Notes: generated from the sequence alone by a model not told the origin. Positions 12,764 through 27,142 are shown, numbered from the stretch's first letter. The stretch: 64,000 nt of DNA from Octopus bimaculoides (GCF_001194135.2 NC_068988.1:11213916-11277915), one strand, 5' to 3'. A program made the numbers and translations.

Positions 12764-13500
12764 CATGGAAAAGGCGAGCGAAATAAGTAAGATTTTCAAG
12801 ATTATAAGCCTTGAAAAGTACAGGACAAATTAATACAGTTGGAGAAGTGCAGGACAGGCTAATCCAACTGGTAAAGTACAGAACAAGAAATGTGTTTACT
12901 TAAAATGCAACAGCTAAGAATAAAATTTCAAATAAAATATTTAGATTTAGAAAATATTAGCTTTTATTAAAACTAAAAATTTTATCAAAAGTTATTACTT
13001 CTATCTTTTTATTAATTTTGCTTCTATTAAAAATTTAAAAAATAACTCAATTAAAATATGTTTTGCACTTTAAAAAACTTCATTTTTTAAAATTATTAAT
13101 TAATAATTAGAAATTTGAAAATAGGTTATAAAATGTAATAGTAGTACATAATTATTATAATAAATAGAATAATACAAAAATTATTCATATATCCCAGGAA
13201 AGTCTACCTATAACAACAAATTCACAATAGAATTTGTTTCCGTTATTGCCTAAGGTGTTGCCAAGTCTTCACATTTTTCGTCTTGCCCCAATGCCTATTT
13301 TTTACTTAATGAATTTGCCTACCATATATACGATTCTACTTTGCATAAAACTTTAGGTATATTGCTACTCCTGGCTCTCAGTTTTTAAGTATTCTAGTGT
13401 GTCAATATATTAACAAAATGACAGTATCTTTTTTAATTATAATGTTAGTTTGTAAATTTTTCATTCTTAGCTACAATATTTTAATTAAGAGAAAAAATTA
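12764..13500 (+). mobile_element. AT-rich non-autonomous DNA transposon, copy A (partner 34150-34975)
   Basis: Colinear with the reverse complement of 34.15-34.98 kb, e.g. catggaaaa..gcgagc, aagtacaggacaa, ctacctataacaacaaattcaca, ccaatgcctat. Confidence 0.7.
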
Positions 13501-14352
13501 TGTTGTGTCTGCGGAGAATCATTCTCTTTTAGTGTCTTATAATTTAACACACACACCGATAAAATTTACACTCATTTACTTATTTATCTCTCTAAAATTT
13601 TCGTTTCGTCTTGCAACCTTTTCAATAGTTGTAAATGAGTAGAAATTTTACCGGTGAGTGTATTAAATTGTAAGGCACTAAAAGAGAATTATTCTCCCCA
13701 CACATAACAGAATATGCTTCAACACACGAACTCACATAAAGAATCTTACAACCCAAATCCAAATACGAAATACAAGAAAAAGTGTTAATATAAAAATATA
13801 AACATAAGATTAGTATATGAAAAGCCCTTTATTTACATTGATTCATTATAAAATGAAAATTGAAAAATTGCAGGGTTACTACCGATCACCCACCTGCAAA
13901 TCTGTGAGGCTGTCCGGGATGGGGAGGGGGTAAAAATGGTAGGTGGGTGGTATCAAATTCTGTCGGGGGTTCTTTAAAACTTCATAAAGTATAAAACTTA
14001 GTTTATAGATATAAAAAATAAAATTCAGGAAATGAAGATGTGGCATTAATATAATCTATTAACTGCAAAAATCCAACATATTCTCTTACATCTGTTTCAA
14101 TTTTGCCGAAAGATTAAATTACACTGATCATTGTATTCGACAAAATCTCATTAGGGGTGTAGAAAAGACTTACCGTTAGGTTATTAGTTGTTATGTTTCA
14201 AAATATTTCAACAGACCGAATATCATTTAGTTGCTAATATTGGTATAAACCTGGACCAGGGGGTAATAGGTTGTTTTGGTGGGTGATGGATAATATGGAT
14301 AAAATTAGGGGAATAAATGGTAAATAAATAAAGGTTAGATAGTGAGTTACAG

Positions 14353-14765
<413 letters not shown>

Positions 14766-16175
14766 AATAAAACCTATGCTGCTGCGGATATTTTTCAATG
14801 CCTTTCATATTTATTTGTAATAAGCTGCAGTAGATATGAACATGAATATGCTGATCGCTGTTGTGTTTTATCTGAAGAAAAACAACTTCTTTAAGACGAA
14901 TGTTCATAACCCCACCTATTCTTTAGTGTAAGAGAATTCTGGGATACCTTGTGTTTTGTCATTGCTGTGTCATATCAAGCAGAGGCATCCGTCAAGGGTT
15001 GGTGGCTCCTGTTTATATCTTTAGCAAGCAAGTTATTGTTTTTCTACGCCGATAACTGTCAACTGATAACGTCACATTCACATTGATCGTACGAAACTAA
15101 TTAACTGTCATAGCAAACAATAATGACACGCTTTGTACAATGAGGTAAGGAGAAAAACATCTAAATGAAAATCTTTTAAAATGATTGGCCGATATCTATG
15201 AAGCTTTAAATATTTTCACACGTAGTAGAAAGAATCTTCATTTTGCAACGTGTATTAATATTATTGTCATTGATTGTAACACGACGCCATGACATTTCGT
15301 TAATTAGCTGGAAATAAGATATGGACATTTTTCAAAGCTAATGGTGAAGCGATATCACCGAACGTATAGCAAGAAACATGGTGCAAAACATAAAATAGGT
15401 TAATAACCAGAAATGATATGAACATGGTGAGGTCTTTGCTGTTTATTTACGCTTTCTCTACAATATGGCTCATGCTTATTCGCTGGATTGATTGCAGGTC
15501 ATAGCGATCCTAAATAGTCTTTCTGATGTTCACCTTCATTTTTAATAAATTCAAGGATAATACATAATACAATGTACGTGTAACGTTTAAGAAACTCCGA
15601 GAGATATATTTGCTGGGCACAAATTTGAGTCTATGAATTAAAATTCCTGTTGAAATACGTTCCCTTAGGGGACTGTTCTCGTAAATAATACAGACGCTTT
15701 CAATAGGTTAGCTTATTTTATCCGGACACCGAGGAGTTTCTCTTACACTTATTATTGTTGCACTTTTCTTAAAATTGGAAAAAAACAAGCTCGAGAAAGT
15801 TATTATAATAAAAGAAGCTGGAGAAAATGAAGACAGAAAGAATTTATGAGAACTCTATATTGAAAAAGAAATCGAATATAGAACGGTACATATATTAATG
15901 TTATTTTTTTGTTCTACCTCCTCATGAAGAAGACTGGATATATAGATATTATCTTAACGTCATATCTTGAAATGGCTTATATATATATAAAAGAATTGAA
16001 AAGATCTAAGTCACATATTTTTAAGACTCGTTATAGTTTACATATAGTTTGAAATCCGATTAAATACAATATTCATTCGAGAATACACGAAATATTCGCT
16101 AGACTGATTCGTCTGCTTCTATATAGACAACATTCTTATTAATGATATATAAGTTCAGCATATAACGCATACATA

Positions 16176-16210
<35 letters not shown>

Positions 16211-16267
16211 GTACACGCACACATGTTTATATATACATATATATGTGTATGTATGTATATATATATA

Positions 16268-16307
<40 letters not shown>

Positions 16308-18344
16308 TATATATGTATATATATACATATGTATATACACATATGTATATACACATATACATACATACATACATATTCTGATTGATATGTACATGTATGA
16401 ATGAGTAGGTGTACGTCTGTGTGCGCCTATCTGTATATGCGCATAAGTGTGTGTTTGTACATTCGGGTATGCATTTGTTTATGTGTCACATCCTATAACT
16501 CTACTGCACATGAATTCCTGAATAATTCGGTAGATTCGTTCATTCGACTAAATTTTCTTATGTGATTTCCGCAGGTAGATACAACACTACGTGTTCTGTT
16601 TTCTAATCACAACGTAGTGCTTCAAATCCCTTCCCTTCTATTATTGAAGGATTTTACTAGTAACTATATTGAGCACCAGTGTCGGAAAATCACGAGTGCA
16701 ATAGATAAAATTTTATTTTTTAAATGCCTAATTTCCAGTTGAATGACTTATAATAGGATACGGATTGATGAATAGTTTTTGGACGCCAATAGTATAATAA
16801 ATTTGGCCAGTTGAAATTTAGAAGATTCATTTTGTTAGAGATGCCATTTCCATTCCACATTAACAAACAATGTATTCTGATGATGAAAGCAAATAAAAAT
16901 TTTGATGGAAATCACGAAGATGTCATCGTTGAAAGTATTTATGCTGTGGTTCATTTTAGCAAAAGTAAAATAGGGAAGATTAATATTACGTACCACGATA
17001 CTTAGTTAACTTAATAAAAGTAAAGAAATGACCTACAGAGAAACAGATGCAACGCCAAGAGTCTCAGCAGATTTATTGCTGTCACTGCCAAGAATAAATA
17101 CTGGGAAGCACTAGATACTCTTCTGCCGTGGTGGTAATCTTCTCAGTGGTGGTCATTAGGATTTCTGGCTATACAGAAATAGATTAGTGTCCAGAGTGTT
17201 GAGCTGCAGGACAATAAGGTTTAGAAATGTATGCTGAAATGTTCAATGTAGTTCTTGGTTATGTTTTGAACTTTCACCGCGATGTCGACGTAAAAGTGTC
17301 CCATACTTCAATGAAATGTATGACGCGTTATATTAGCGTAGGAAGTGTCGGGATATCGACAGGAGACAGAATTCGCAAGTAGAATCAAAGAAAGGGCAGA
17401 TTTATGAATTGCCGGTAGCTTCCATGCATGTGTCGTCTACACATTCATAAGACTCAAAATTCACCCAGAAAGATTTGGACGAACTTGGCTAAGGTAGAGT
17501 GATATAGACAACGGAATGCGATCGAACGTTAGAACACATGATTCTGAAGAAAATTTCGTTACTAATAACACATATCTGAGAGGATAGACAGCGCTATAGA
17601 GTAATTAGAAACAGTCTTGTGATTCAGACCTCACCGTCCACCGACTGCCTCACTGTTACTGGAGTGCTCGATAATGATTCATCAGATCCACCATATAGAC
17701 AGTTATAAATAAAAATAGATATTGGCTCCTAATCGTAAAAACGAATAAATCTCAATGATATTTATTTAAATTTCTTGGAAATCTTTTCCTTCTTTTTGAG
17801 ATATGCTCATAATGGCAGTCAGTATTTTTTATTGCTTTCATTAACTAAGAGACAAATTTTAATTCGCTGAGACTTCCCCTTATCTTTTATGTGTGTCATT
17901 TACTACATTATCGCACACATAAATCAAAAAATTTGCGCCGTTAAGCTTCTCGCGAGCTGCTTTAATTTACTCACTTATTTGAGTTATGCAAATATTAAAC
18001 TAAATATTACAGACTTTCATCTATTATTTTTTAAAATCTTATGTCGATCAAATGAAAGCAATATACGGGCATGAGACGTTTTGGCGAAGTTGTTATGGCG
18101 CCGCCTATATGGCATCTCTGATGTAACCCTGACTCATTTGACATCACACGTTTTGAAATTGCCCCCGTTTCTCACGGTTCAATGTCTCTCATTCTCTCTC
18201 GGTGTATGTGTCACCATTTAATTATACTTGTATATACGTTTAATGTCTCAATTTAACCCCCCTTCTCTTTCTCTCTCTTTCCCTCTCACCGTTTCTATCT
18301 CTTTCAATCTCTTTGTATATATTCTTTTATTCTTTTATTCCTTT

Positions 18345-18578
18345 CCTTGTTTTAATCATCATGGCTGCAGCCATAATGGAGCAACAGCTTGAAAGGTTTT
18401 GTGTCAAACAAATCGAGCCCAGGATTTGCTTCTTATGCCTAGTACTTATTCTATCGGTTTCTTTTGCCGAACCGCTAGGTTAAGAGGACGTAAACACACC
18501 GACATCGGTTGTCAAGTGGTGGTGGGAGATAGAATCACCGACACACTTAAACACACACACCCACACACACACACACAT

Positions 18579-18647
<69 letters not shown>

Positions 18648-18815
18648 TATATACGACGGGCTTTTTCAGTTTCAGTCTGGCATACCAACTCACAACCCTT
18701 TGGTGTGCCCGAGGCTGTAGTGGTAGACACTGTTCAATTTACCACGCAGTGGGACTGAACCCGAAACCATGTGGTTAGGAATCACGCTTCTTAGCACACA
18801 GTCACTCTTACACCT
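18345..18815 (-). mobile_element. SINE family A, near full length, with an internal (CA)n(TA)n tract
   Basis: tRNA-like head on the minus strand (B box ggttcagtccc), aagcccgtcg block, and a 3' region matching 50911-51275. Confidence 0.85.
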
Positions 18816-19175
18816 ATGTTTTAATTTCTGTGCATTTGTTGATGTCCGTTGTGCGTGTATGTTTCTGTGGGTGCCGCCACACAAACTCTCACGGAAACAG
18901 TTTGAATGGCCAGTCAGCTGTGACTTGCGCTCGAACAGCCGAGACTATTGGCCTCATTCCACGAAACAGATATAGCGCTTTATCAGCAAAATACAAAGCT
19001 TATTTCTTGTGTTCAATAATTTAAGTATATTATCACTAATATACAAGTGTAGGGGAGGAGGCGCGGAACAATAATTCGCTTGTAAAGGTCAACACATTGA
19101 ATGACGCCATTACTATCCGTTGCTGAAAGAAACGAAGAAAATATGGAAAATAAATAAATAAATATATAAATATCA

Positions 19176-19206
<31 letters not shown>

Positions 19207-19672
19207 GTTTCCTAAATTATCTTATGTTATAATTTCGCACGCAGCTAAGGAGAAATAGGAGTGTACTAAAATCATGTATAGTTATTATCTGCAACAATGC
19301 AATTGCTGTAGTCTGAACAAAAAAAAAAGAAAGTTTAGTGTAATTACAGACACTTGTGCACAAGAAGCAACGCATAAAAATATATCAAAATAGAGAAAGG
19401 AAAATTGTTTCTTACATGGCTAACTTTGATGTATGCTGCCGTAGATTTAATGTAAGAGGAATGTTTAAGAAACAACAATTCCGGGTAGCCGATGGTACTG
19501 ATGCATGTGATGGTACGTTCATGCAAGTAACTGCTAACAGACAATCGGTTAATAGAGAAGAAACCATCAAAGGAGACGTTTTTACTTGGAGCAAATTATG
19601 TCGATTGTTAGATAAACGGATGTGAAGCTTAAAAAACACCATCATCATTTAATTGCCCCTACAAACTATACA

Positions 19673-19708
<36 letters not shown>

Positions 19709-19910
19709 NNNNNNNNNNNNNNNNNNNNNNNNNNNNNNNNNNNNNNNNNNNNNNNNNNNNNNNNNNNNNNNNNNNNNNNNNNNNNNNNNNNNNNNNNNNN
19801 NNNNNNNNNNNNNNNNNNNNNNNNNNNNNNNNNNNNNNNNNNNNNNNNNNNNNNNNNNNNNNNNNNNNNNNNNNNNNNNNNNNNNNNNNNNNNNNNNNNN
19901 NNNNNNNNNN

Positions 19911-19942
<32 letters not shown>

Positions 19943-20049
19943 ACATACAAGTATGAGGGCAAATATTTAAAATAATTTATCACCAGTTGTTCGCATGCTT
20001 AATAAAAGTCATAGGACAAAATATTTTCATATATAAAAGTATATATTTA

Positions 20050-20316
20050 AAAGACTTATACACGGATAGAAGACCCTTGACAGGACAGTTAAACCTAAAC
20101 CACAGCAAAAAGGAATTCTTAAGGCACGCTGACGAGCTACAGATACCAAATTGATTTATTTGGTCATTAATAGCGAAATTCGAGTATAGGATTAACAAAT
20201 TTTTTTATTCACTCTAGTGCCATGTAGCAGACTGCATTAAGAATTCCTTCTTTTGTGCTTTTTGTTTAACTGTCCTTTTTAGCGTGTAAGTGTCGTCTCT
20301 CCCTGTATAAATCTTT
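20050..20316. repeat. Imperfect inverted repeat (fold-back); arms about 20050-20141 and 20223-20316
   Basis: ggacagttaaac/gtttaactgtcc, aaggaattcttaa/ttaagaattcctt and aaagacttatac/gtataaatcttt pair in the correct order. Confidence 0.85.
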
Positions 20317-20324
20317 ATACACTG

Positions 20325-20447
20325 GGGATCTACTATGCCCCTACCTCAAAAATTCCAGTCTTTTGATGCACTGGGGGAGGGGGGTGATGTAATCGACTTA
20401 CTCCCCCCATGTTGCTCTTTGTGGCAAAAATTTGAAATTTGTATTAC

Positions 20448-20510
<63 letters not shown>
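20325..20510 (+). mobile_element. SINE family C 3' end with a (TTA)n tail
   Basis: gatgtaatcgacttactcccccc...gtggcaaaaatttgaaatt followed by (tta)n; matches the 3' ends at 53.72 kb and 63.5 kb. Confidence 0.6.
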
Positions 20511-21113
20511 CTTCAACATCATCATCACTATCATCTTTCTTATTGTTCTTTTCCTTTTTGTTTTCGGTGGTGCAATTCGCGGAGGCGGTGTTGGTTGATG
20601 CTGCTGTTGCAGTTGTTGTCCTTCTTCTTAATAGTCTCATTGCTGTTTGATGATATTCTTATCATCTTTACACTTATCTTAATTTTGTTATTGTCATGTA
20701 ATACGTTTGTTACTTTCCTCTTTCCGTACTTGCTCCGTAATGTACCGGAAACCAACGAACAAAACGATTACACAATACTAAGCATCATTAACATAACCGC
20801 GTACTTTAGCTGAAGAACTCATATGCTCTGTCTGGAAAAGTCAACGATTTGCGTAATACTTCTAATGCCACTTGTATTATAGGCGTGTTTAAAATCGATA
20901 AACTTCTGATTAGAAACACAGGCAGAAATGCAAACATGTGTGTATATCTAAGTGAAAGCGTTCATTTAATTTCTTCACTTTCGGCAGCTAAGATGAAGGA
21001 TATCATTTGTTTCGTTCGTCCAATGTTGCGGAACAATTGATAATGGTTGTAACCTATTTCATAGTGGACAGACAATTGGCAATGCATCATTTTAATATAT
21101 GAACTGACAACGC

Positions 21114-21148
<35 letters not shown>

Positions 21149-21209
21149 CATATGTATATGTATGCATACATATATGATACACACACACATATCTATCAGG
21201 AAATATATG

Positions 21210-21282
<73 letters not shown>

Positions 21283-21704
21283 TTGTACGATGTGTATGGA
21301 TGTATGTACATAAACATATACTCGTTCACACGGGCAAACAAGCAAACAAGTACTTATACATAAATATCATGCGTGTGGATGTAATCGAGGACTTTGATCC
21401 AGCAGAGCTATGATCAAAGAGCGTTCTGCCCATGACCATTCCTCCTTTTCCTCCAGCGCTTGTATTTTGGATAACAATATATTCAAAATATTTGTCCTTT
21501 AGACCGTGTGTTTTGTAAGGAAATTTTAACTGTTTTATTTTTAAATGATGGCGTATCTGACGTTTTATTCATGATGAATGACACTCCATCGTGGCTCTTT
21601 CTTGATTTTTTTTTCAAAACTCTGTATTCAGTATTTCATTACTCAACATTACTTTTCTTAAACAAAGTGTGATTTCAAAGCTATTTCATTCTTATCTTAG
21701 TTTC

Positions 21705-21915
21705 AAATGTTGGCACAAGGCCAGCAATATCAGTGAAGTGGTTAAATCGATTACATCCACCTCTGTTTTCAGCTGGTATGTATATTATTAACCCCAAGAA
21801 GGACGAAAGGAAAAGTGGATCTCGGCAAAATTTGAACACAGACGTAAAGATAAATGAAATATCCGCTAAGTGTTTTGTTCGGCGTGTTAACGATTCTGCC
21901 TGTTCCCCGCCTTAA
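21705..21915 (-). mobile_element. SINE family C, decayed
   Basis: The reverse complement begins taaggcggggaacaggcagaatcgttaacacgccg, like the heads at 53570 and 63357. Confidence 0.7.
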
Positions 21916-21928
21916 ATTTTAATTATAT

Positions 21929-22361
21929 GTTACTAAATTTACTCCAGCATGGCCACCATCAAATTGCGTGCCAATTGGGTCTGTCTCCTCTTTTCCCCAG
22001 ACCGTTTATCTAAATAGAATTCTTCAACGAATACGTTCATTTTTTTTATGAGCGCAGGCAGTGAGTTGTAAGATATTTAACTGCTGTTTTTAACATGCCG
22101 TGCAACCACAAATAATTTCGACCCTTATTTTGCATTTGCTGTTATTAAATTTCCTCGAGCATGGCTACCATCAAATTGCATGCCAATTCTGTCTGTTTCC
22201 TCTTTTCCCCAGAACGTGCATCTAAAAAGAATTCTTCAACGAATCCTTTACTTTTTTGATGAGTGCAGGAAGTGAGTTCTAACATATTTAACTGCTGTTT
22301 TTAACATGTCGTGCAGCCACGAATAAGTTCGGCCCTTACGTTGCATTTGCTGGTATTAAAT
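21929..22361. repeat. Tandem duplication of a 211-212 bp unit (two copies plus 10 bp of a third)
   Basis: Units start at 21929, 22141 and 22352; about 85% identity by eye. Confidence 0.92.
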
Positions 22362-22773
22362 CTTTTGCTAAAGACATAGGGCATCTAATGCTGGCCGAAA
22401 ATAAATCAATTCTTTTATTCATTGTATCGTTCTATTTGAAGTAATCACTATTATTACTACCAATATTAGTCCGAATGCTAATCGATTTTTCGAGTTTTCA
22501 CTTCTTGCTTAGTATAGTGCTATTATTTCTCGATGAATCACAGATAGAAGATTTTTGTTTGTGCACATGTTATTGGTAAAGATGGCGTTGCTATTATTGC
22601 TTTCCTGCTGTTTTCGCTTTTAAGTAGATCAGCGTTACACTACCAAATCAATAGTCAAAATCACTCTAAACCTGACAATCCAATATTTTTTCCCCTGCAA
22701 TATCAAAACCCTGGTCACGTTATTCACTTTGTGCCTTTTGAAAACATGTTTATTTTTATGTATGATGTATAGA

Positions 22774-22837
22774 GTATGGATTTCGTTTAGTGTATGGATT
22801 TCGTTTAGTGTATGGATTTCGTTCAGTGTATGGATTT
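22774..22837. repeat. 18-bp tandem repeat gtatggatttcgtttagt, about 3.5 copies
   Basis: Direct reading; one substitution in copy 3. Confidence 0.9.
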
Positions 22838-22982
22838 TGACTATTATTTTTAGCAGGCTCTTTTATAATCTAGTGACTCTTTCATCGTAACGGTATTACT
22901 GAGCGCTAGACACTAATGTACAACTACCTGAATTGTTTCTAGAAAATTTTCAGTTTTCAAATGATTATGACTTACCAGGTGA

Positions 22983-23265
22983 AAGCACGTGGCCTAGTGG
23001 TCATGGTGCTCATTCGCCATCGTAAGATAGTGGTTTCGATTCGTGGGCGAAGAGGTGCATTGTGTTTATGAGCAAAACACTTCTTTCGTCTTGCTCCCAC
23101 ACACATAACGGCAAATGGGTGCTAGTAATTGCTTGGATGATAATCCTACGATGAACTGGCGTTTCGTTTAGGGGAGGGTCAGTTCTAGAATCTCGGTCAG
23201 TTGTACAACACAGGTACTGAACAACACTCTGTCCTTATGAGTCCTCAGACTCATAAAGCCGTTTA
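22983..23265 (+). mobile_element. SINE family B, decayed
   Basis: A box tggcctagtgg, B box ggtttcgattc, then gagcaaaacacttc as in the 37.6 kb copy. Confidence 0.65.
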
Positions 23266-23454
23266 TATTGACGTCTTTTATTAAATTTTACAATCCTAAA
23301 TCACCGTTTGAATTAAAGATTACCTGATAGATATGTTCTATTTAATATAATATTTTCAGCTTTTATCATCGTAGTTTTAACATCCTTTTAAGACGGCGAG
23401 CTTGCAGACATGTCAGGAATAGACGACGACCGGGCCCACCGAGGGCAACACACA

Positions 23455-23652
23455 ATTAAATATATCCCTCCTTCGACTAATATAACAACCTTACAAGCTT
23501 TTTTAGGTTTTGCGAATTATTATCAAATGTATATTCCAAGAATGCATGAGCTAAGAGTACCTTTAAACAAAATGCTAGAAAAAGATGTGAAATGGTGTTG
23601 GATTAACGAATGCCAAAAAGCATTCGAAGAGATTCAAAAGATGTTAACACCA
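23455..23652 (+). mobile_element. Ty3/Gypsy pol fragment (RT thumb/connection)
   Basis: PPSTNITTLQAFLGFANYYQMYIPRMHELRVPLNKMLEKDVKWCWINECQKAFEEIQKMLT matches the Gypsy L..FLG..NYY..FI....PL..LL.K...W.W...C..AF pattern. Cut off by the SINE at 23655. Confidence 0.88.
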
Positions 23653-23654
23653 TA

Positions 23655-23978
23655 GCCCGCTCGTGAAATTAACGTGCAAGTGGCTGTGCGCTCCACAGAC
23701 ACGTGTAACCTTGACGTAGTGCTCGGAGAGATTAAGCGTGAAACAGAATGTGACAAGGCTGACCCTTTGAAATACAGGTACAACGGAAAATGGAAGAAAG
23801 AGTGAGAGAAAATTGTGGTGAAAGAGTACAGTAGGGTTCACCACCATCCTCCGCCGGAGCCTCGTGGCCCTTTAGGTGTCTTCGCTCAATAAATACTCAC
23901 AACGCCCGCTCTGGGAATCGAAAACGCGATCCTATGACCGCGAGTTCGCTGCCCTAACCGCTGTGCCATTGCGCCTCC
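23655..23978 (-). mobile_element. SINE family B, near full length
   Basis: The head (reverse complement ggaggcgcaatggcacagcggttagggcagcgaactcgcggtcataggatcgcgttttcgattcccag) is near-identical to 62381-62520. Confidence 0.88.
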
Positions 23979-24823
23979 ACAGTTGGTGAGTAATAAGAGA
24001 ACATAAGGAGCGTTTGATATCATAAGAGGTCAGATATATCAGTGAAGTCGTACGTCATATCACGATAGAAGAGGGTTGCAATTCCTATTTGGGAAGGAAT
24101 GTTGCATTACGATATTCGGTGGGTCTTGATTCATTGCAAAGATTTGAAGAGATACAGTGAAAGCTTAAGCTTGTTTGGTTAGACGGGAGTTTTTGTTTCA
24201 CATCCATAGTGCAGCTGGGTAAATATAGTTAAAGGAAGATAAAGACAAGTTTTAAGCCGATAGCTTTAGTAATAACATTGACTTACTAATTACACTAATA
24301 GTATTTTAATGATTGCAATTGAGAATGCTGTTTGCTGCAAACACTTTGGACCAAGTTCTGGTTGCTATCTATGATAAACGTCAACATTTTATGGACACTC
24401 TGCTAGATTATAGCTAGACTATAGGCAATATAATTTACGCATGAGAGCACAAGAAGAGATTACAAAAAGACGTATTGATATTGGTGTCTGCACACGAAGG
24501 ATGTGATTTGTAATTTCACTTGCTATAAAATTATAAACAGCCTCATCCTTTGGACATTTTATGTCAAATATCATAGATGGTATTTTTTCTGCATGGTTTA
24601 AAATATCAGATCGATATGATTATTGTGTAGTAGAAATACAAACAAAACACCACTTCTTCAAACGGGAAATAGTCAAGATAAATACTGTAAATGATGACGA
24701 GACAGTTGGAATTGTATTTTTAGAAATAAAGAGAAAAAGCAGTTATATTGATATATGAATGTATATATGCATATATCAGTACCTGTATTTGTGTGTATAT
24801 AATATATATATATATATGTACAC

Positions 24824-24880
<57 letters not shown>

Positions 24881-25618
24881 TATATACAGACGTTTTTGTG
24901 TGCGTGTGTATATACATGTATGTATGTGTTTATGTATATATAAATTATTCTTGAAACGTAATCCATTGCAAACTTCCTATGCATGAGATGTGATATTAGA
25001 AACATTGCATATTAAAAAACCATCTCATGAATGTTAACAAAGCATCGATATTTACACAGAGGCCAAGGTAATGTTACTAAATATTTACATTTGCTCCATT
25101 ATCCTATCGGATTATATTTTACTGCCACAAATAGAATATATAAATCTTTCGTTAAACTAACGCATAAAACAACAATACACAATATTTAAACGCAGTAAGA
25201 TTGAAAACATTGTCCGACACTTTTAATAACCTGATAGAGAAATCTATTAACTATAAATGATATTTTCTAATTCGTATGCAATGGAAAAGAATGCATAAAA
25301 TATGATATGTTAGTAATAAATGGTTAGATAATCTTTATAAATGGACAAATCATAAAGATAGCGGCCATATTTGTTAAATAGCTGTTTGTATTGAAACCTT
25401 ACGACCTGGCTATTTCTGGTAAACCCATAATCCCGTCTTCCGCAAATGTATCTGATCTGTAATAATATACGAAGTCTCAAACATTAATATAGCCTTTCTT
25501 CTATTTATGCTACTTCAACGTCCTGAAGTTCTTCATCTTCCACTCATCTTCTTCATCTCCTCTTTCTTCTTCTAAATTATTATTATTACTATTATTATTG
25601 TTATTATAACTATTTCCC

Positions 25619-25781
25619 TTTTAATCTGCATGTTTGTTACAATCACTTGCCGAGATACACCCAGCGTTCTGGGGCGAGTGAACGAAAAGAGATCTTACAG
25701 TATGACTGGAATCTTGGGGAGGGGAAATGGCACGGGTAGTAGCTAAATATCTTCATGTAATACAACACAGACATTAAAATT
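25619..25781. repeat. 163-bp direct repeat, copy 1 (partner 26089-26251)
   Basis: Ungapped at offset 470; each copy is preceded by a (TTA)-rich tract. Confidence 0.88.
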
Positions 25782-26088
25782 CCTCTCACCACATGGCTAT
25801 AATGCTCCTCCACTACTTCTGCTCGGGATTAAAGCTGCACATAGTCAGTCACAAAGGGACATGCTAAACTGTTTAAGGTTAAATAACTTACAAGCGAATC
25901 TGTGGTATCGATCAGAATATTTGATGTACACCATTTTTTTATATCAAGACAAACATGCACTTCCAATCAGTTACGATCAGAAGCCGTTTAAGCCAGTGCC
26001 TCGTACAGTATCATGGCATTGTTAGTGCTTGGTGCTGCAACAGAGCAATGGTACCCTATCAGGACTTATTATTATTATGATTATTTAC

Positions 26089-26251
26089 TTTTAATCTGCG
26101 TATTTCTTACAGTCACATGCCGATACACACCCAGTGTCGTTGGACGAGTGAACGATAGGAGATGTTACAGTATGACTGAAAGCTTGGGGAGGAGGAATGC
26201 CAGGTGCAGTAGCGAAATATCTTCATGTAATACAACACAAACATTTAAATT
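26089..26251. repeat. 163-bp direct repeat, copy 2
   Basis: Shared ttttaatctgc, cgagtgaacga, ttacagtatgactg and aaatatcttcatgtaatacaacaca. Confidence 0.88.
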
Positions 26252-26487
26252 GATAGGTTTTTTTCCTGAGGATGTGGGCAGTATTTGTCAGCAACATTTT
26301 TGGATTTCTCTGAGATATGTTTCTCCTGGGATATTATTTATTTTGGTAAGTAATCTAATATGAAACCTTCAGCCTCTGCTTTCAGTCCTGAGCTTCTCAG
26401 CCACTGATGGTTTGTTGCTTGCTCTACATCAGAATTGCGGCTTCGAAGTAAATACTGTCCATGCATAGGCTTTTGTTTTCACTGCTC

Positions 26488-26529
<42 letters not shown>

Positions 26530-26571
26530 CATAGGGATGGGAAGAGAAATAGCTACGTAGGTCACCTGGTC

Positions 26572-26604
<33 letters not shown>

Positions 26605-27142
26605 GCAATGTGCAGTAGTAAAGTTTCCGTTGGTGTAGAGCTTCACCAATATGAGTTTTTCTTTCAAATATTAAAAGTGAAATTATTGGAAGGCCGTCTT
26701 ACTTAAAATGTTGAACATAAAACAACACAGAGGGAAATACATGAATTTATATCTAACAACCTAAGTTCAATAATTTCTACAGCAGGGAGTAATTAAATAG
26801 AATTTATCCAATTAATTAATTCCTGGTTTCTTTAATAGCGTTAGATATACCACATATAAGGGAAGTAACCACTTTCTAAAACTTTTAGAATTAAGTCCCT
26901 TGTATTTTGTGTGCATGACACAAAGTTTCTCCATATTTAGGTAAACCAATATGTAGATAATTCTAAATGTAACTTTTTAAAATGCTCGTTATGTAGCTAC
27001 TGGTCAATTATCAAACATCTTACATTATTTAGTACGAGCGTGTTCTATCTGCAAAAGTTCTTTGTGTTAGTCCACACAAATAAACGTTATCATATGTCTC
27101 ATATAGACCATATACATACATACATGCATACCTACATATATG

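Noticed and set aside
19356-19648. Overlapping 66-89 aa ORFs on both strands
   Set aside because: No recognisable domain; kept only as a weak exon candidate.
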